Of a stretch of 57,955 bases of DNA, positions 1 to 9,825 are shown in pieces; the stretch's first letter is position 1, and each line of letters begins with the position of its first letter. The notes under the pieces are model-generated. The model had not been told where the DNA came from. It did not search any database and saw only the letters and a list, made by a program, of their open reading frames with translations. The stretch covers positions 1 through 57,955 of IMG/VR virus record IMGVR_UViG_3300027733_000003; one strand, written 5' to 3'. Source of the stretch: a virus (Duplodnaviria > Caudoviricetes). A program made the translations under genes and the position numbers.

Positions 1-127
1 ACAGAAAGCTTCATTGGCATTGCCCAAAGGGGAGCGTTACCGATTCTGCTGAACTACTGGGGAGCGCACACTGGTAGAGCAAGCGGTGGAGACAAGATGA
101 ATCTCCAGAACTTACCAAGAGGCGGCG
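1..127. repeat. Terminal direct repeat, copy 1 (127 bp; circular assembly overlap)
   Basis: Bases 1-127 are identical to 57829-57955 and lie inside the polA reading frame; 127 is a common assembler k-mer length. Confidence 0.95.
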
Positions 128-972
128 CACTTCGTAGATCAATCATTGCACCCAAGGGACATGTGTTGGTGGCGTGTGACTCAGCGCAGATTGAAGCACG
201 TGTTGTCGCATGGCTTGCGGGGGAAGCTACTCTTCTAGAAGACTTTCGCAAGGGTGAAGACATCTACTCTAAGTTTGCCAGTAGTGTGTACAACAAGACC
301 GTGACCAAGGCTGACAAGATTGAACGATTCGTCGGTAAGACTTGTATTCTTGGCCTAGGTTACGGCATGGGGGCTGAGAAGTTTCAGAACACCTTGAAGA
401 TCGGCATGGGTGGTGTGTCGGCTGACATAAGTATTGAGGACGCCAAGCGAGTGGTCACGCTGTACAGAAACACCTATCATAGAATTTCTCAGCTATGGAA
501 TGAATGCACCAAGGCGCTGGACAGAATGGCAAGGGGGAATGAGTACTTCTTGGATGTAGGACTTCAGCTACGCTGTGACAGCAGTGGCGTTCTATTACCC
601 AACGGCACCATGATCAGATACCCCAACCTACGCAAGACTACCGATGGATATGAGTACGATGGTCGCTACGGCCCTGTCAAGCTGTACGGTGGTAAGTTGG
701 TTGAGAACATAGTTCAAGCTCTGGCCCGTATCGTCGTGTTTGATCAGATGGCAAAGATCGATCAACAGATGCGTCAGCGTGACCGTACCGACGGACGATA
801 CAGAACTGTCCTGACAGTACACGATGAGGTTGTTTGTATAGTCCCAGAGGCTCAGGAGCAGTGGTGCAAAGACCTGATGGTGCATGAGATGTCTATACCA
901 CCACGGTGGTGTGCTGACTTGCCTGTGTCGTGTGAATGTGAATCAGGAAATAATTATGCAGACGCCAAATAA
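1..972 (+). CDS. polA: Family A DNA polymerase, C-terminal part (continues from 56956 across the junction; about 614 aa total)
   Basis: HTGRASGGDKMNLQNL, motif A DSAQIEAR, motif B RFVGKTCILGLGYG, motif C TVHDE; frame continuous with the ORF starting at 56956. Confidence 0.95.
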   Translation, partial: TESFIGIAQRGALPILLNYWGAHTGRASGGDKMNLQNLPRGGALRRSIIAPKGHVLVACDSAQIEARVVAWLAGEATLLEDFRKGEDIYSKFASSVYNKTVTKADKIERFVGKTCILGLGYGMGAEKFQNTLKIGMGGVSADISIEDAKRVVTLYRNTYHRISQLWNECTKALDRMARGNEYFLDVGLQLRCDSSGVLLPNGTMIRYPNLRKTTDGYEYDGRYGPVKLYGGKLVENIVQALARIVVFDQMAKIDQQMRQRDRTDGRYRTVLTVHDEVVCIVPEAQEQWCKDLMVHEMSIPPRWCADLPVSCECESGNNYADAK

Positions 973-977
973 ACCCC

Positions 978-1005
978 TTGACTTTCTGTACAGGGAGCCT
1001 AACAT
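978..1005 (+). promoter_or_regulatory. Putative sigma70-type promoter
   Basis: TTGACT-N16-TAACAT in the gap before the nuclease gene. Confidence 0.45.
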
Positions 1006-1047
1006 ACACACCTACTCCAACGAATTGTGTGTTGGGGATGGAGACCT

Positions 1048-1701
1048 ATGACTGTTCCTGCTTGGACGTATTCTCAGCTTGAGAAATTTGAAACCTGCCC
1101 TCGGCAGTTCTACCACGTGCGTGTCAAAAAAGACTGGGTGGAAGCACCCACAGACGCGACAAAGTGGGGCGAGAAAGTTCACACTGCGATGGAGCATCGT
1201 GTTCTCAATGGCACGGCATTGCCTGAGGGTATGGGTCAATGGGAAGGTATTGCTACCAAGATTGCATCCATGAAGGGGGAGATCAAATGCGAACAGAAGA
1301 TGGCAGTCGACAGTGGCTTCCAACCCGCTGATTGGGGTTCTGCTTGGTCACGTGGTATCGCTGACGTGGTCATTACACACAAGGGCACTGCGTTAATTCT
1401 GGACTACAAGACGGGAAAGCGTAAGCCTACTGAACAGTTGATGTTGTACGCTGGTTATGCGTTTGCTCACTACCCCCAAGTGCAGACAGTGACAACAGGG
1501 TTTGTCTGGCTCAAAGAAAAGAAGATCGACAAGACACCATTTCACAGGTCAGATGTGTCCACGATATGGCTTGAGTTTTTACCCAGAGTGCGTAAACTTG
1601 AGGTGGCATACGAGAAAGACAAATGGTTGGCTAGGCCAAGTGGTTTGTGTAATGGTTGGTGTCCTGTTAAGTCTTGTGAGTTTTACAAGGATAAGAAATG
1701 A
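1048..1701 (+). CDS. PD-(D/E)XK (Cas4/RecB-like) exonuclease
   Basis: YSQLEKFETCPR, GIAD...LDYKTG, C-terminal CxxxCxxxxC; GGAG RBS before ATG 1048. Confidence 0.85.
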   Translation: MTVPAWTYSQLEKFETCPRQFYHVRVKKDWVEAPTDATKWGEKVHTAMEHRVLNGTALPEGMGQWEGIATKIASMKGEIKCEQKMAVDSGFQPADWGSAWSRGIADVVITHKGTALILDYKTGKRKPTEQLMLYAGYAFAHYPQVQTVTTGFVWLKEKKIDKTPFHRSDVSTIWLEFLPRVRKLEVAYEKDKWLARPSGLCNGWCPVKSCEFYKDKK

Positions 1702-1958
1702 CAACACAGTTTATGGGTCGGCACCAATTGGTTGACCGCTTAGCGGCGCAGGTTGGCAATCGTGAAGAAGCAATTAAGATTCTGATTGCACGTGGTCATA
1801 TGAAAGAAGATGGCAAGACACTTACTGCTGAAGGCAAACGACGAGACTCAATGACTGCGGAAGAACGCGCCAAAGATCGTGCGATGAAAGCCAGTGGCAA
1901 CAAGAACCCAAACGCATACACATACGATGCGCAAACGAATAGGGCAAAACTGAAATGA
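1698..1958 (+). CDS. Hypothetical phage protein
   Basis: 86-aa ORF coupled to both neighbours by ATGA overlaps. Confidence 0.75.
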   Translation: MTTQFMGRHQLVDRLAAQVGNREEAIKILIARGHMKEDGKTLTAEGKRRDSMTAEERAKDRAMKASGNKNPNAYTYDAQTNRAKLK

Positions 1959-2248
1959 CACCCGAAGGTAAAGTTAAGGACGCTGTAAAGAAAGTGTTGA
2001 AGAAACACGGCATCTGGTATTTCATGCCAATGCAGAATGGCTTTGGTGTGGTTGGTGTCCCTGACTTTATCTGTTGCTTTCATGGAATGTTTCTTGGTGT
2101 AGAGACCAAGGCCCCCGGAAAGCGTGAGCAAACAACTCCGAATCAAGATCGCGTGTTGCGTGAGATTGTGGAACACGGCGGGTACACCCTTGTGGTGGAT
2201 GATGCCAAACAACTTGAAGACTACATAATTTTTTTAAGGAGTGAGTGA
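1955..2248 (+). CDS. VRR-NUC domain nuclease (putative Holliday junction resolvase)
   Basis: TPEGKVK...GVPDFICC...GVETKAPG...TPNQ. Confidence 0.85.
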   Translation: MTPEGKVKDAVKKVLKKHGIWYFMPMQNGFGVVGVPDFICCFHGMFLGVETKAPGKREQTTPNQDRVLREIVEHGGYTLVVDDAKQLEDYIIFLRSE

Positions 2249-2511
2249 TGAATAAAGGTGGCCCTACCAAAGCAGCGTATGACAAAAAATACGAATCATC
2301 CCCTGAGCAAGTCAAGAAGCGTGAGATGCGTAACCAAGCACGTGCGGAGTTGACAAAGGCTGGCAAAGTATCCAAGGGTGACGGCAAAGATGTCGATCAC
2401 AAGAACATGCTCGATGGCAACGGAACAAACGCCAAGAGTAATCTACGTGCAATTCCAAAAGAACAAAACAGAGGCTGGAGAAAAACGAATGGCGATAAAT
2501 ACGGTTCCTAA
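2248..2511 (+). CDS. Small HNH-like protein
   Basis: DVDHKN...GTNAKSNLRAIPKEQNR. Confidence 0.7.
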   Translation: MNKGGPTKAAYDKKYESSPEQVKKREMRNQARAELTKAGKVSKGDGKDVDHKNMLDGNGTNAKSNLRAIPKEQNRGWRKTNGDKYGS

Positions 2512-2725
2512 TGTTGTTATCCAAAACAGCCCAAGAATAATTTCTTTTTTTGGGCGAGAAGTTCCAAAGGGAGTTATCCATATTGATGTGATTAACAACT
2601 TCGTAAACGACAGCAAGCTCGCTTGTTGGACGACAAAAACAGGCAACCACACAATGCCTATTGACCTAGATAATTTAGATGACAGTTTAACAGCTGTGAT
2701 CGTAACTATGAGGATGACATGTTAG
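2489..2725 (+). CDS. Hypothetical protein
   Basis: GGAG RBS before ATG 2489; fills the gap before the helicase. Confidence 0.6.
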   Translation: MAINTVPNVVIQNSPRIISFFGREVPKGVIHIDVINNFVNDSKLACWTTKTGNHTMPIDLDNLDDSLTAVIVTMRMTC

Positions 2726-4284
2726 TTAGGACTGACAAACGAGCACTGATACTAAAACTTCGTAATCCCTCTAGGGTTACTGTTCCCATACCAACTTCCA
2801 AGCTGGTAACTCACAATGGGAATACGTATGTAGCTGTCCCTCACCGGCCAGACGAAGTCAAGGTACTACGTAACCTAGGGTTTAACGCACCAGACCCTAT
2901 GAAGTATTACTACAAATTTCCGGGGAGGTTTGCGCCGTTCGATGCACAAATTGAAACTGCAAATTTTCTTTCGATGCACGATAGAGCGTTCTGCTTAAAC
3001 AGTATGGGTTTAGGTAAAACGGTAACCGCCCTATGGACGTACGACTACATGCGAGATGCAAAGATGGTCAACAAAGTCTTGGTGGTCTGTCCTCTATCCA
3101 CGATGGAAAGAACATGGGCTGACGAAGTGTTCAAGACATTTCCACACCTTGATGCAGTTGTGTTGTATGGCTCACGTGAACGAAGAAAGAAACTTCTAAA
3201 TCAAGACGCACACATCTACATAATTAACACGGATGGTTTGAAAACTATTCATGAAGATTTGAAGAACAGACCAGACATAAACCTCATCATCGTGGATGAG
3301 ATCGCCATGTTTAGAAACTCAAGCACTGATCGTTGGAAGACGCTCAATGAGATTTGTAACAAGCAGTCGCAACGACGTATCTGGGCATTGACTGGTGCGC
3401 CAACTCCGCATGAACCAACAGACGCATGGGCACAGTGCCGCATCGTGTGTCCAACGAACCCTGACGTACCCAAGTACTTCGGTAAGTTCAGAGACATGGT
3501 GATGAAGCAGATCACATCGTTCAAGTGGGTGCCAAGACCAAACGCAGTAGACATCGTCAAGCAAGTGATGCAACCCGCTGTTAGGTTTGCGTTGGATGAC
3601 TGTGTTGATCTGCCCGAACAAATAATGATGTCGCACGATGTGGAGATGACACCTGAGCAGAAGAAGGCATACAAAGCCATGCTGGAAAAACTCATGATGG
3701 AGTATGAAGGCGGCGAAGTATTGGCAGTCAACGAAGCAGTCAAGGCCAACAAGCTTGTTCAGATCGCCTGTGGCGTTGCATATGGCAAAGACGGCGAGTA
3801 CATAAACATTCCAAGCAAGCCGCGTATAGATGTACTCAAGGAAATTATTGAGTCATCTGAAGGCAAGGTACTGGTGTTTGTCCCGCTGACTGGAGTGCTT
3901 GAACACGTGGTCAGAGAACTTGAAAACGATTGGGTAGTGGCATCAATCCATGGCGGCACACCCAAGGCTGAGCGTGATGAAATCTTTGGCAAGTTCCAGT
4001 CGACAAAAGAGCCACATGTAATTGTGGCAAACCCTGCCACGATGAGCCACGGTTTAACTTTAACTGCGGCTACTACTATTGTTTGGTACGCACCCATCCA
4101 CTCAAACGATGTGTACGAACAAGCATGCGCTCGGGTTAGAAGGCCGGGGCAGACTCGCACGACAGTGATTGCTCACATTGCCGCAAGCGAGATCGAAAGA
4201 CGTATTTATTTAAGACTACAAAAGAAACAGAAGCTGCAAGGCTCACTACTGGAATTGATGAAAGGATACGACCCCGACCAGTAA
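2719..4284 (+). CDS. SNF2-family superfamily 2 helicase
   Basis: SMGLGKT, IVDE, LTGAP, HGLTLTAA, QACARVRRPGQ. Confidence 0.92.
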   Translation: MLVRTDKRALILKLRNPSRVTVPIPTSKLVTHNGNTYVAVPHRPDEVKVLRNLGFNAPDPMKYYYKFPGRFAPFDAQIETANFLSMHDRAFCLNSMGLGKTVTALWTYDYMRDAKMVNKVLVVCPLSTMERTWADEVFKTFPHLDAVVLYGSRERRKKLLNQDAHIYIINTDGLKTIHEDLKNRPDINLIIVDEIAMFRNSSTDRWKTLNEICNKQSQRRIWALTGAPTPHEPTDAWAQCRIVCPTNPDVPKYFGKFRDMVMKQITSFKWVPRPNAVDIVKQVMQPAVRFALDDCVDLPEQIMMSHDVEMTPEQKKAYKAMLEKLMMEYEGGEVLAVNEAVKANKLVQIACGVAYGKDGEYINIPSKPRIDVLKEIIESSEGKVLVFVPLTGVLEHVVRELENDWVVASIHGGTPKAERDEIFGKFQSTKEPHVIVANPATMSHGLTLTAATTIVWYAPIHSNDVYEQACARVRRPGQTRTTVIAHIAASEIERRIYLRLQKKQKLQGSLLELMKGYDPDQ

Positions 4285-4341
4285 AAACCCCTATGCAGAC
4301 AGTATTGACATCTGGTAACCTCACACCCCCACGGAGATAGT

Positions 4342-4725
4342 ATGAAACTCTCAGAACTCATTGACAAGTACATAGAAATAAGAGACAAGAAGGCGCAACT
4401 CAAAGCTGAGTATGACGTCAAGAAGAACAAGATGGATGACGCTTTGGATAAAATCGAAGCTGTAATCCTCAAGACCTTTGATGCCAGCGGTATGGACTCA
4501 GCAAAGACTGAGAATGGCACTGCATACACTTCTAGGTTGATCACTGCAACAGTGGCTGACCCAGATATATTTATGCAGCATGTCATCGCAACCGAAGCAT
4601 GGCATATGATCGAAAAGCGTTGCTCAAAAGTTGGCGTAGAACAATATAGAGCAGAGCATGACGAAGTCCCCCCCGGCGTTAACTGGCGTGAAGAGCGCGT
4701 AGTTAATGTTCGCCGTTCATCTTAA
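4342..4725 (+). CDS. Conserved phage replication-region protein (coiled-coil N-terminus)
   Basis: GGAG RBS; 127 aa; position between helicase and SSB-like gene. Confidence 0.75.
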   Translation: MKLSELIDKYIEIRDKKAQLKAEYDVKKNKMDDALDKIEAVILKTFDASGMDSAKTENGTAYTSRLITATVADPDIFMQHVIATEAWHMIEKRCSKVGVEQYRAEHDEVPPGVNWREERVVNVRRSS

Positions 4726-4741
4726 CCACTGGAGAAAATTG

Positions 4742-5632
4742 ATGTCAAACATCATCCCATTCGACTCGGGCAATCTGCCCTCCCACTTTAAATCTGGCGG
4801 TGCTGTGTCAGTTAACTCTGACTTGACTGCACACGCTGGAGGTGGGTTCCCTGTCATCAGCATCAAAGGTAAAGTATTCGCTATCGTCCGCGATGGTGAC
4901 CGCACAGTCCTGACCAACCCAAAAGACCCTGAAAGTCCTGCCACAAGCATTGAGGTAGTGATCATCAAGGCCAACAAGGGTCTGTCCAAGGTGTATTACA
5001 TCAAGGGCTACCAAGAAGGTGCAGAGGCTACCAAGCCTGACTGCTTTAGTAATGAAGGCGTTAAGCCTGACCCAAGCGTGGAAGAACCCCAGTCCCGCAC
5101 CTGTGCCGTCTGCCCACATAACCAATGGGGTAGCAAGATTGGTGAACATGGTGGTAAGGGTAAAGCCTGTCAAGACTCCAAGCGTCTGGCTATTGCACAG
5201 CCTGACATGCTGAATGACCCCTACCTGATTCGTGTTCCTCCTGCGTCTATCAAGCCGCTGAGCGAGTACGCTGTGGCGTTGGGCAAGCGTGGTGCAGAGT
5301 ACAACCAAGTACTTACCAAGATTTCCTTTGACATGGAAGCTCCAACCTCCAAATTGGTCTTTAAACCCATTGGTCTTTTGTCTGACGCTACGTACAATGA
5401 AGTCAAGGACGCAATCGACAGTGAAGTTGTTCAGAACATTCTGGGTGCTAAGCCGACTGAGCTTCCTATGCTTGAGAATCTGGAGCCAAAGGCTGAGTCA
5501 AAACCTGCACCTGTTGCAGAAAAACCTGCGGTGAAAGCAAAAGCGAAAGTTGAGCCAAAGGCTGAACCAAAGCCAGAGCCTATTGTTGAAGCAGGTGATT
5601 TGAATCTCGATGACTTGAACTTCGACGATTAA
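4742..5632 (+). CDS. Putative ssDNA-binding/annealing protein
   Basis: CAVCPHNQWGS...GKAC Zn-type motif, Pro/Lys/Glu linker, acidic tail DLNLDDLNFDD. Confidence 0.65.
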   Translation: MSNIIPFDSGNLPSHFKSGGAVSVNSDLTAHAGGGFPVISIKGKVFAIVRDGDRTVLTNPKDPESPATSIEVVIIKANKGLSKVYYIKGYQEGAEATKPDCFSNEGVKPDPSVEEPQSRTCAVCPHNQWGSKIGEHGGKGKACQDSKRLAIAQPDMLNDPYLIRVPPASIKPLSEYAVALGKRGAEYNQVLTKISFDMEAPTSKLVFKPIGLLSDATYNEVKDAIDSEVVQNILGAKPTELPMLENLEPKAESKPAPVAEKPAVKAKAKVEPKAEPKPEPIVEAGDLNLDDLNFDD

Positions 5633-5636
5633 ATTT

Positions 5637-5709
5637 TGGGGGGAAAGCGGATGTTGGCGGCATAGCAGTTGCGTGTCGAAAGTCACTTCCAAACGCAGCG
5701 AGTACCCCA
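5637..5709 (+). ncRNA. Candidate structured RNA with loop-E-like internal loop
   Basis: TGGGG/CCCCA outer stem, GAA/AGTA opposed, TTGG/CCAA inner stem; directly followed by a terminator. Confidence 0.45.
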
Positions 5710-5712
5710 CCC

Positions 5713-5733
5713 AGCCCTTCGGGGCTTTTTGTT
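5713..5733 (+). terminator. Rho-independent terminator
   Basis: AGCCC-TTCG-GGGCT followed by T-run. Confidence 0.8.
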
Positions 5734-5747
5734 TCTGGAGAATACAA

Positions 5748-5999
5748 ATGTCATATGAAATTGATCAGCGCAAAGTTGTCGGAGTTGTCTTAGAAGCCAA
5801 TGGTGCTTTGGGCGACAAAGGTTTTAATCATGGTGAAATCATTCTTGGTCTCTCTGAATTGATAGGACGTGTAATTGTCGAAGCATCAGACACTTCAGTC
5901 CAAGCTGGAGAGTTGATGAAAGTTGCTATCGCACATATGGAGAAGACCATACGTGTGGGCGCTGAAGCTACAGGGAAACAACAAATCACAGCGGGTTGA
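5748..5999 (+). CDS. Hypothetical protein
   Basis: GGAG RBS before ATG 5748; 83 aa. Confidence 0.7.
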   Translation: MSYEIDQRKVVGVVLEANGALGDKGFNHGEIILGLSELIGRVIVEASDTSVQAGELMKVAIAHMEKTIRVGAEATGKQQITAG

Positions 6000-6001
6000 G
6001 C

Positions 6002-8959
6002 ATGGACACACTAACATTTCTTAAAACTATTCTCCCTGAGGATGGCTTCAAGTTTGTTGGTTTAAGTAGGGCTGGGTCTAAGGGTATCGCTCACAAGGCG
6101 TACGACTCATTGGAGTTGATGGCGAAAGCTATTGAGTCTTATGATCGGCAACCGAACCTGACTATTTACCATGCTTGCTGTGCATACAAAGAACCCAGCT
6201 ATGAAGTTACCATAGATGGCGAGGTAAAGACCAAGTACCGTGGCGAACCGAATTGGCTGAAGGTCAAATCGTTCTGGGCTGACATCGACTGTGGCGAACA
6301 AAAAGCTGCTGAGGGGAAAGGCTATGCAACGAAAAATGATGCAGCTAAAGCGATTATTGGATTTTGCCGTGACAATCAATTTCCTGACCCTATGCTTATT
6401 GATAGTGGTGGTGGTCTCCATTGCTACTGGCCACTTACCCGAACAGTGGGGCCTAAATCATGGCGCACCATGGCCAATGGTTTCAAAGCTGCTCTTGCTG
6501 GCGCTGGTCTCATTGTTGACCCTACTAGAACTGCTGATCTGTCTTCGGTGCTACGCCCTGTCGGGAGCCACAATAGAAAGCCCGGACGAGACCCAAGAGA
6601 CGTCAAAGTAAAAACACAACCAAACCCAGTCAGTCCAGAAGATTTCAACAAAGCAGTAGAAGCTGCCGTAGCCAAGTATCAAGTTACGCCACAGAGAACA
6701 ATATCAACCAGCTTAAATGATGACTTGATCTCCGAGTACACAGGGCCGAAGTTTGAATCCTCTGCTCACATCATTGCAGAGAACTGCCAGCAGATGGCGG
6801 TGATGCGGGACACTCAAGGGGATATAGGCTACGAACCATGGCGTGGGTTGGTTGGCATCATCAAGCATTGTGTTGAGGGGCGAGAGATTGCCCATGCGTG
6901 GAGTGAGAGACGAGCAGAAACAGGCCATAGCAATACAGATACTGATGTACGTTATGACTCTTGGAGTACCGGCCCGACGTCCTGTGAGTTCTTTGAGAAG
7001 TCCAACCCTACCGGCTGCGATGGTTGCGTACACAGAGGAAACATCAAGACCCCCATAGTCCTTGGTCGTATTGAACCAACTCCCGAAGAAGCTATTATTG
7101 AAGTCGTTGCAGACGACGAGCTTGTTGAAACAGTTGTTCCAGCTTTCCCAGAGTCCTATGTCTACGATGCTGGACGGATGATTAGGTTTATTAAGGACAA
7201 GGACGGTATCCTTCAACCATATTCATTCTGCCAATCCCTGTTCTACCCAATCCAACGTATTAAAAAGGCAGACCAGACCTTTGCTTCCACGATCAGGATG
7301 CACTTACCCGACAAGCGGATTCGGGATTTTGAGATGGATACCGCAGTACTGGCGTCATCATCTGATCTGCTTAAAGCGTTGGCAAAGTACGAGTTGATGC
7401 CCACGAACAATAAGGATGCAACCATGCACATGACCGCATACATCAAGGACTCTATCCATAAGCTCATGGCTGAGCAACGTGAAACCGATACCCTGACTTC
7501 ATTTGGCTGGCGTGACAACATGAACGGCTTCCTACTGGGAGACAGGCTGTATCACACCGATGGCTCAGTCCGTAAGGTGTTCATTGGTGGCTACGCCGCT
7601 GAGCAGAAGAAAGCTTATCCTGTTCCACGTGGAACATTGAGTGCATACTCTGAAGCCGTCAACTTCGTCTACAACCGCCCAAGCAGTGAGGCCGCACAGT
7701 ATGCGTTCTGTAATGGATATGGGTCGCTGTTATCTCCATTTGCAGAGGACAGTTTTAACGGCGCACTTGTATCGCTTGTAAGTAATCAGTCAGGTAAAGG
7801 TAAAACCACGGTCTGCCGTGCTGCCCTTTATGGTTTGGGAGACGCCAACAACTTGATTTTTGCTGGCAAGCAAGGCGCAACTCGTAACGCTCGGTGGGCG
7901 CTGGTCGGAGTACACAAGAACATCCCCATCGTGTTTGATGAGATGACGGACACAGACCCCGGCGAGATGAGCGACATGTCCTACACGATCTCCCAAGGTA
8001 CGGACAGAGCAAGGCTTACATCCAGTGGCGGCAAGGTCGGGTTTGCAGAACAGCACACTTGGAAGATGAGTCCATGGCTGACGGCCAACGAGGATATGTA
8101 CACGAAGCTGGCGTCTCACAACGCCAACACTCAGGCCGAAGCTGTACGGATGATGCAGATTAACTTCGTCAAATACAACGTACCCATCATCAGCCCAACC
8201 ACCGATGTATCAGACGCTGTCGACCGCATGCGTGAGAACTGGGGCAACGCTGGCGATATGTTTATCAGGTATATCGTCGCACACCAGAAGGAAGTAGCTG
8301 ACTTGTTTTCCAAAGTTGAGAACAAGCTATCTGCATTATTGCCTGAGAGTGAGTACCGTTTCTTTCGCAGTCACGCAGCTTGTACATTGACCGCCGCACG
8401 AATCCTGATTGATCTGAACATCGTGGCTTTTGATTACGACGAACTGGTCAAGTTCACTGTAACCATGATCACAGACTTGGTGGACAACGTAGTGCTGAAC
8501 AACACTACAACCCCCGGAGATGGCTTGAACCGCATGATTCGGGAACTGTCCAGCCGTATCTTGGTCACCAACGAGTATCGTGATCTGCGCACTGACAGTC
8601 GTGGCCCTGAGGACTCAATGTCCAGAATTCAAGGCACAGTGGCTGGTCGTAGGATACTGGGTAGCCAGACATACAAGGACGTCAAGTACGTTGGCAAGAT
8701 GTTCTTGGCCAAGAAAGAAGTGTCGGACTGGTGTTCTAAGAATCGCCTTGAACCCAAGGACTTGATTGATCATGCAGCACTCAGCGGATGGCTTACGATT
8801 TGGCCAGACAAGTTCAACATGGGTAGGGGAACAATCCACTCAACAGGTAGCTGTGGATGCTACGTGTTCGATTACTCAGCGATGGAGGGGGCTGTAGAAA
8901 AAACCAGTGGCCCTGCTCTGGTCAAGACATCTGATTCTGCGGTAGCATCTCAGAGTTAG
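6002..8959 (+). CDS. Primase-helicase (AEP/RepB-like primase, Cys cluster, DUF927/SF3-like helicase)
   Basis: WADIDCG, SGGGLHCYW, VLRPVGSHN; CEFF..GCDGC; Walker A QSGKGKTT, Walker B IVFDE. Confidence 0.88.
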   Translation: MDTLTFLKTILPEDGFKFVGLSRAGSKGIAHKAYDSLELMAKAIESYDRQPNLTIYHACCAYKEPSYEVTIDGEVKTKYRGEPNWLKVKSFWADIDCGEQKAAEGKGYATKNDAAKAIIGFCRDNQFPDPMLIDSGGGLHCYWPLTRTVGPKSWRTMANGFKAALAGAGLIVDPTRTADLSSVLRPVGSHNRKPGRDPRDVKVKTQPNPVSPEDFNKAVEAAVAKYQVTPQRTISTSLNDDLISEYTGPKFESSAHIIAENCQQMAVMRDTQGDIGYEPWRGLVGIIKHCVEGREIAHAWSERRAETGHSNTDTDVRYDSWSTGPTSCEFFEKSNPTGCDGCVHRGNIKTPIVLGRIEPTPEEAIIEVVADDELVETVVPAFPESYVYDAGRMIRFIKDKDGILQPYSFCQSLFYPIQRIKKADQTFASTIRMHLPDKRIRDFEMDTAVLASSSDLLKALAKYELMPTNNKDATMHMTAYIKDSIHKLMAEQRETDTLTSFGWRDNMNGFLLGDRLYHTDGSVRKVFIGGYAAEQKKAYPVPRGTLSAYSEAVNFVYNRPSSEAAQYAFCNGYGSLLSPFAEDSFNGALVSLVSNQSGKGKTTVCRAALYGLGDANNLIFAGKQGATRNARWALVGVHKNIPIVFDEMTDTDPGEMSDMSYTISQGTDRARLTSSGGKVGFAEQHTWKMSPWLTANEDMYTKLASHNANTQAEAVRMMQINFVKYNVPIISPTTDVSDAVDRMRENWGNAGDMFIRYIVAHQKEVADLFSKVENKLSALLPESEYRFFRSHAACTLTAARILIDLNIVAFDYDELVKFTVTMITDLVDNVVLNNTTTPGDGLNRMIRELSSRILVTNEYRDLRTDSRGPEDSMSRIQGTVAGRRILGSQTYKDVKYVGKMFLAKKEVSDWCSKNRLEPKDLIDHAALSGWLTIWPDKFNMGRGTIHSTGSCGCYVFDYSAMEGAVEKTSGPALVKTSDSAVASQS

Positions 8960-8993
8960 CAGTTGCCCTAGCTAACGTCTCCAGTGAGTCTTT

Positions 8994-9024
8994 CCCCCCA
9001 GCCTAAACAACTGGGGGGTTTTTT
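8994..9024 (+). terminator. Terminator at the convergence of the replication and late transcription units
   Basis: CCCCCCAG-N9-CTGGGGGG followed by TTTTTT. Confidence 0.8.
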
Positions 9025-9268
9025 ATTTACCGGATACGTAATGAGCCAACTGAGTAAGGGCTGCACCTACTGTGCCACTGGCACCGCCGATCAACATCAG
9101 CATACGCCATCCACCCTTGGCTTCAGACAGCGTAGTTTGTATAGCTTGGAGCGTGGCTTTGATGTCGTTCATATCAGAAATTAACTTGTCCATGTCGTCT
9201 TGCAGATGTTTAATGTCTGCGGCATGGGTAGCCAATTCACGTGCGGTTTGTATATCTGGTTCGGCCAT
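9023..9268 (-). CDS. Coiled-coil plus C-terminal TM protein (XhlA/holin-like)
   Basis: Heptad N-terminus, KGGWRMLMLIGGASGTVGAAL hydrophobic end. Confidence 0.6.
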   Translation of the reverse strand: MAEPDIQTARELATHAADIKHLQDDMDKLISDMNDIKATLQAIQTTLSEAKGGWRMLMLIGGASGTVGAALTQLAHYVSGK

Positions 9269-9270
9269 GA

Positions 9271-9525
9271 TTAACACTTCCAAGCTCTAAGGCTTTTGTT
9301 GATACGAGAGTCAGGATCTTTGGCTGTCTTTTCAGAAGTCAGTTTCTTCTTCATACCTTCCATTCTTGCGCAGAATGAATCTTTACGTGAGCCGCCCTCA
9401 GGCTGGGGGGCTTTAAGTCCGGGTTTGCCGGGGTTTGCTTTGTTGTAGGAAGCACGACCCTTGGCGTTCAAACCGCCCTCTGGATTCTTCCCCTCTGCTC
9501 TTTGCCATGCAGGTGTTTTAGCCAT
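9271..9525 (-). CDS. Small basic phage protein (DUF6321-like)
   Basis: MAKTPAWQRAEGKNPEGGLNAKGRASY...SFCARM...SLRAWKC. Confidence 0.75.
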   Translation of the reverse strand: MAKTPAWQRAEGKNPEGGLNAKGRASYNKANPGKPGLKAPQPEGGSRKDSFCARMEGMKKKLTSEKTAKDPDSRINKSLRAWKC

Positions 9526-9527
9526 GA

Positions 9528-9815
9528 TTATTTTCCGTAAAAAACTGTAATTTTTGCCGATGTAGACAAAGTTACATGCAAGTCAGTTTCAAACAAAATA
9601 CCAGCGCCGGGAATATTAACACCAGCAGAATTGTTTGTATTTGCAGGCACGTTAAATTGGCAAACCACAGCACCTGATGCCCCGCCGTCTCTGAGAATAA
9701 TGTCACCAGCTGTACCACCAGACAAAAAGATTAGACCTTTAAGGTAGTAACTACCAGTGACAAGAGTGCCAGTGGTTTCAAGATGGGCTGATTTAACTCC
9801 TACGGGATCACTCAT
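9528..9815 (-). CDS. Hypothetical beta-rich virion protein
   Basis: AGGAG RBS; 95 aa. Confidence 0.7.
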   Translation of the reverse strand: MSDPVGVKSAHLETTGTLVTGSYYLKGLIFLSGGTAGDIILRDGGASGAVVCQFNVPANTNNSAGVNIPGAGILFETDLHVTLSTSAKITVFYGK

Positions 9816-9825
9816 GATTCACTCC

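Noticed and set aside
1048-1701. CRISPR-Cas (Cas4-like gene)
   Set aside because: No repeat-spacer array or other cas genes; solo Cas4-like nucleases are common in phage replication modules
2248-2511. Mobile intron/homing endonuclease insertion
   Set aside because: Free-standing short gene coupled to its neighbours; no interrupted host gene
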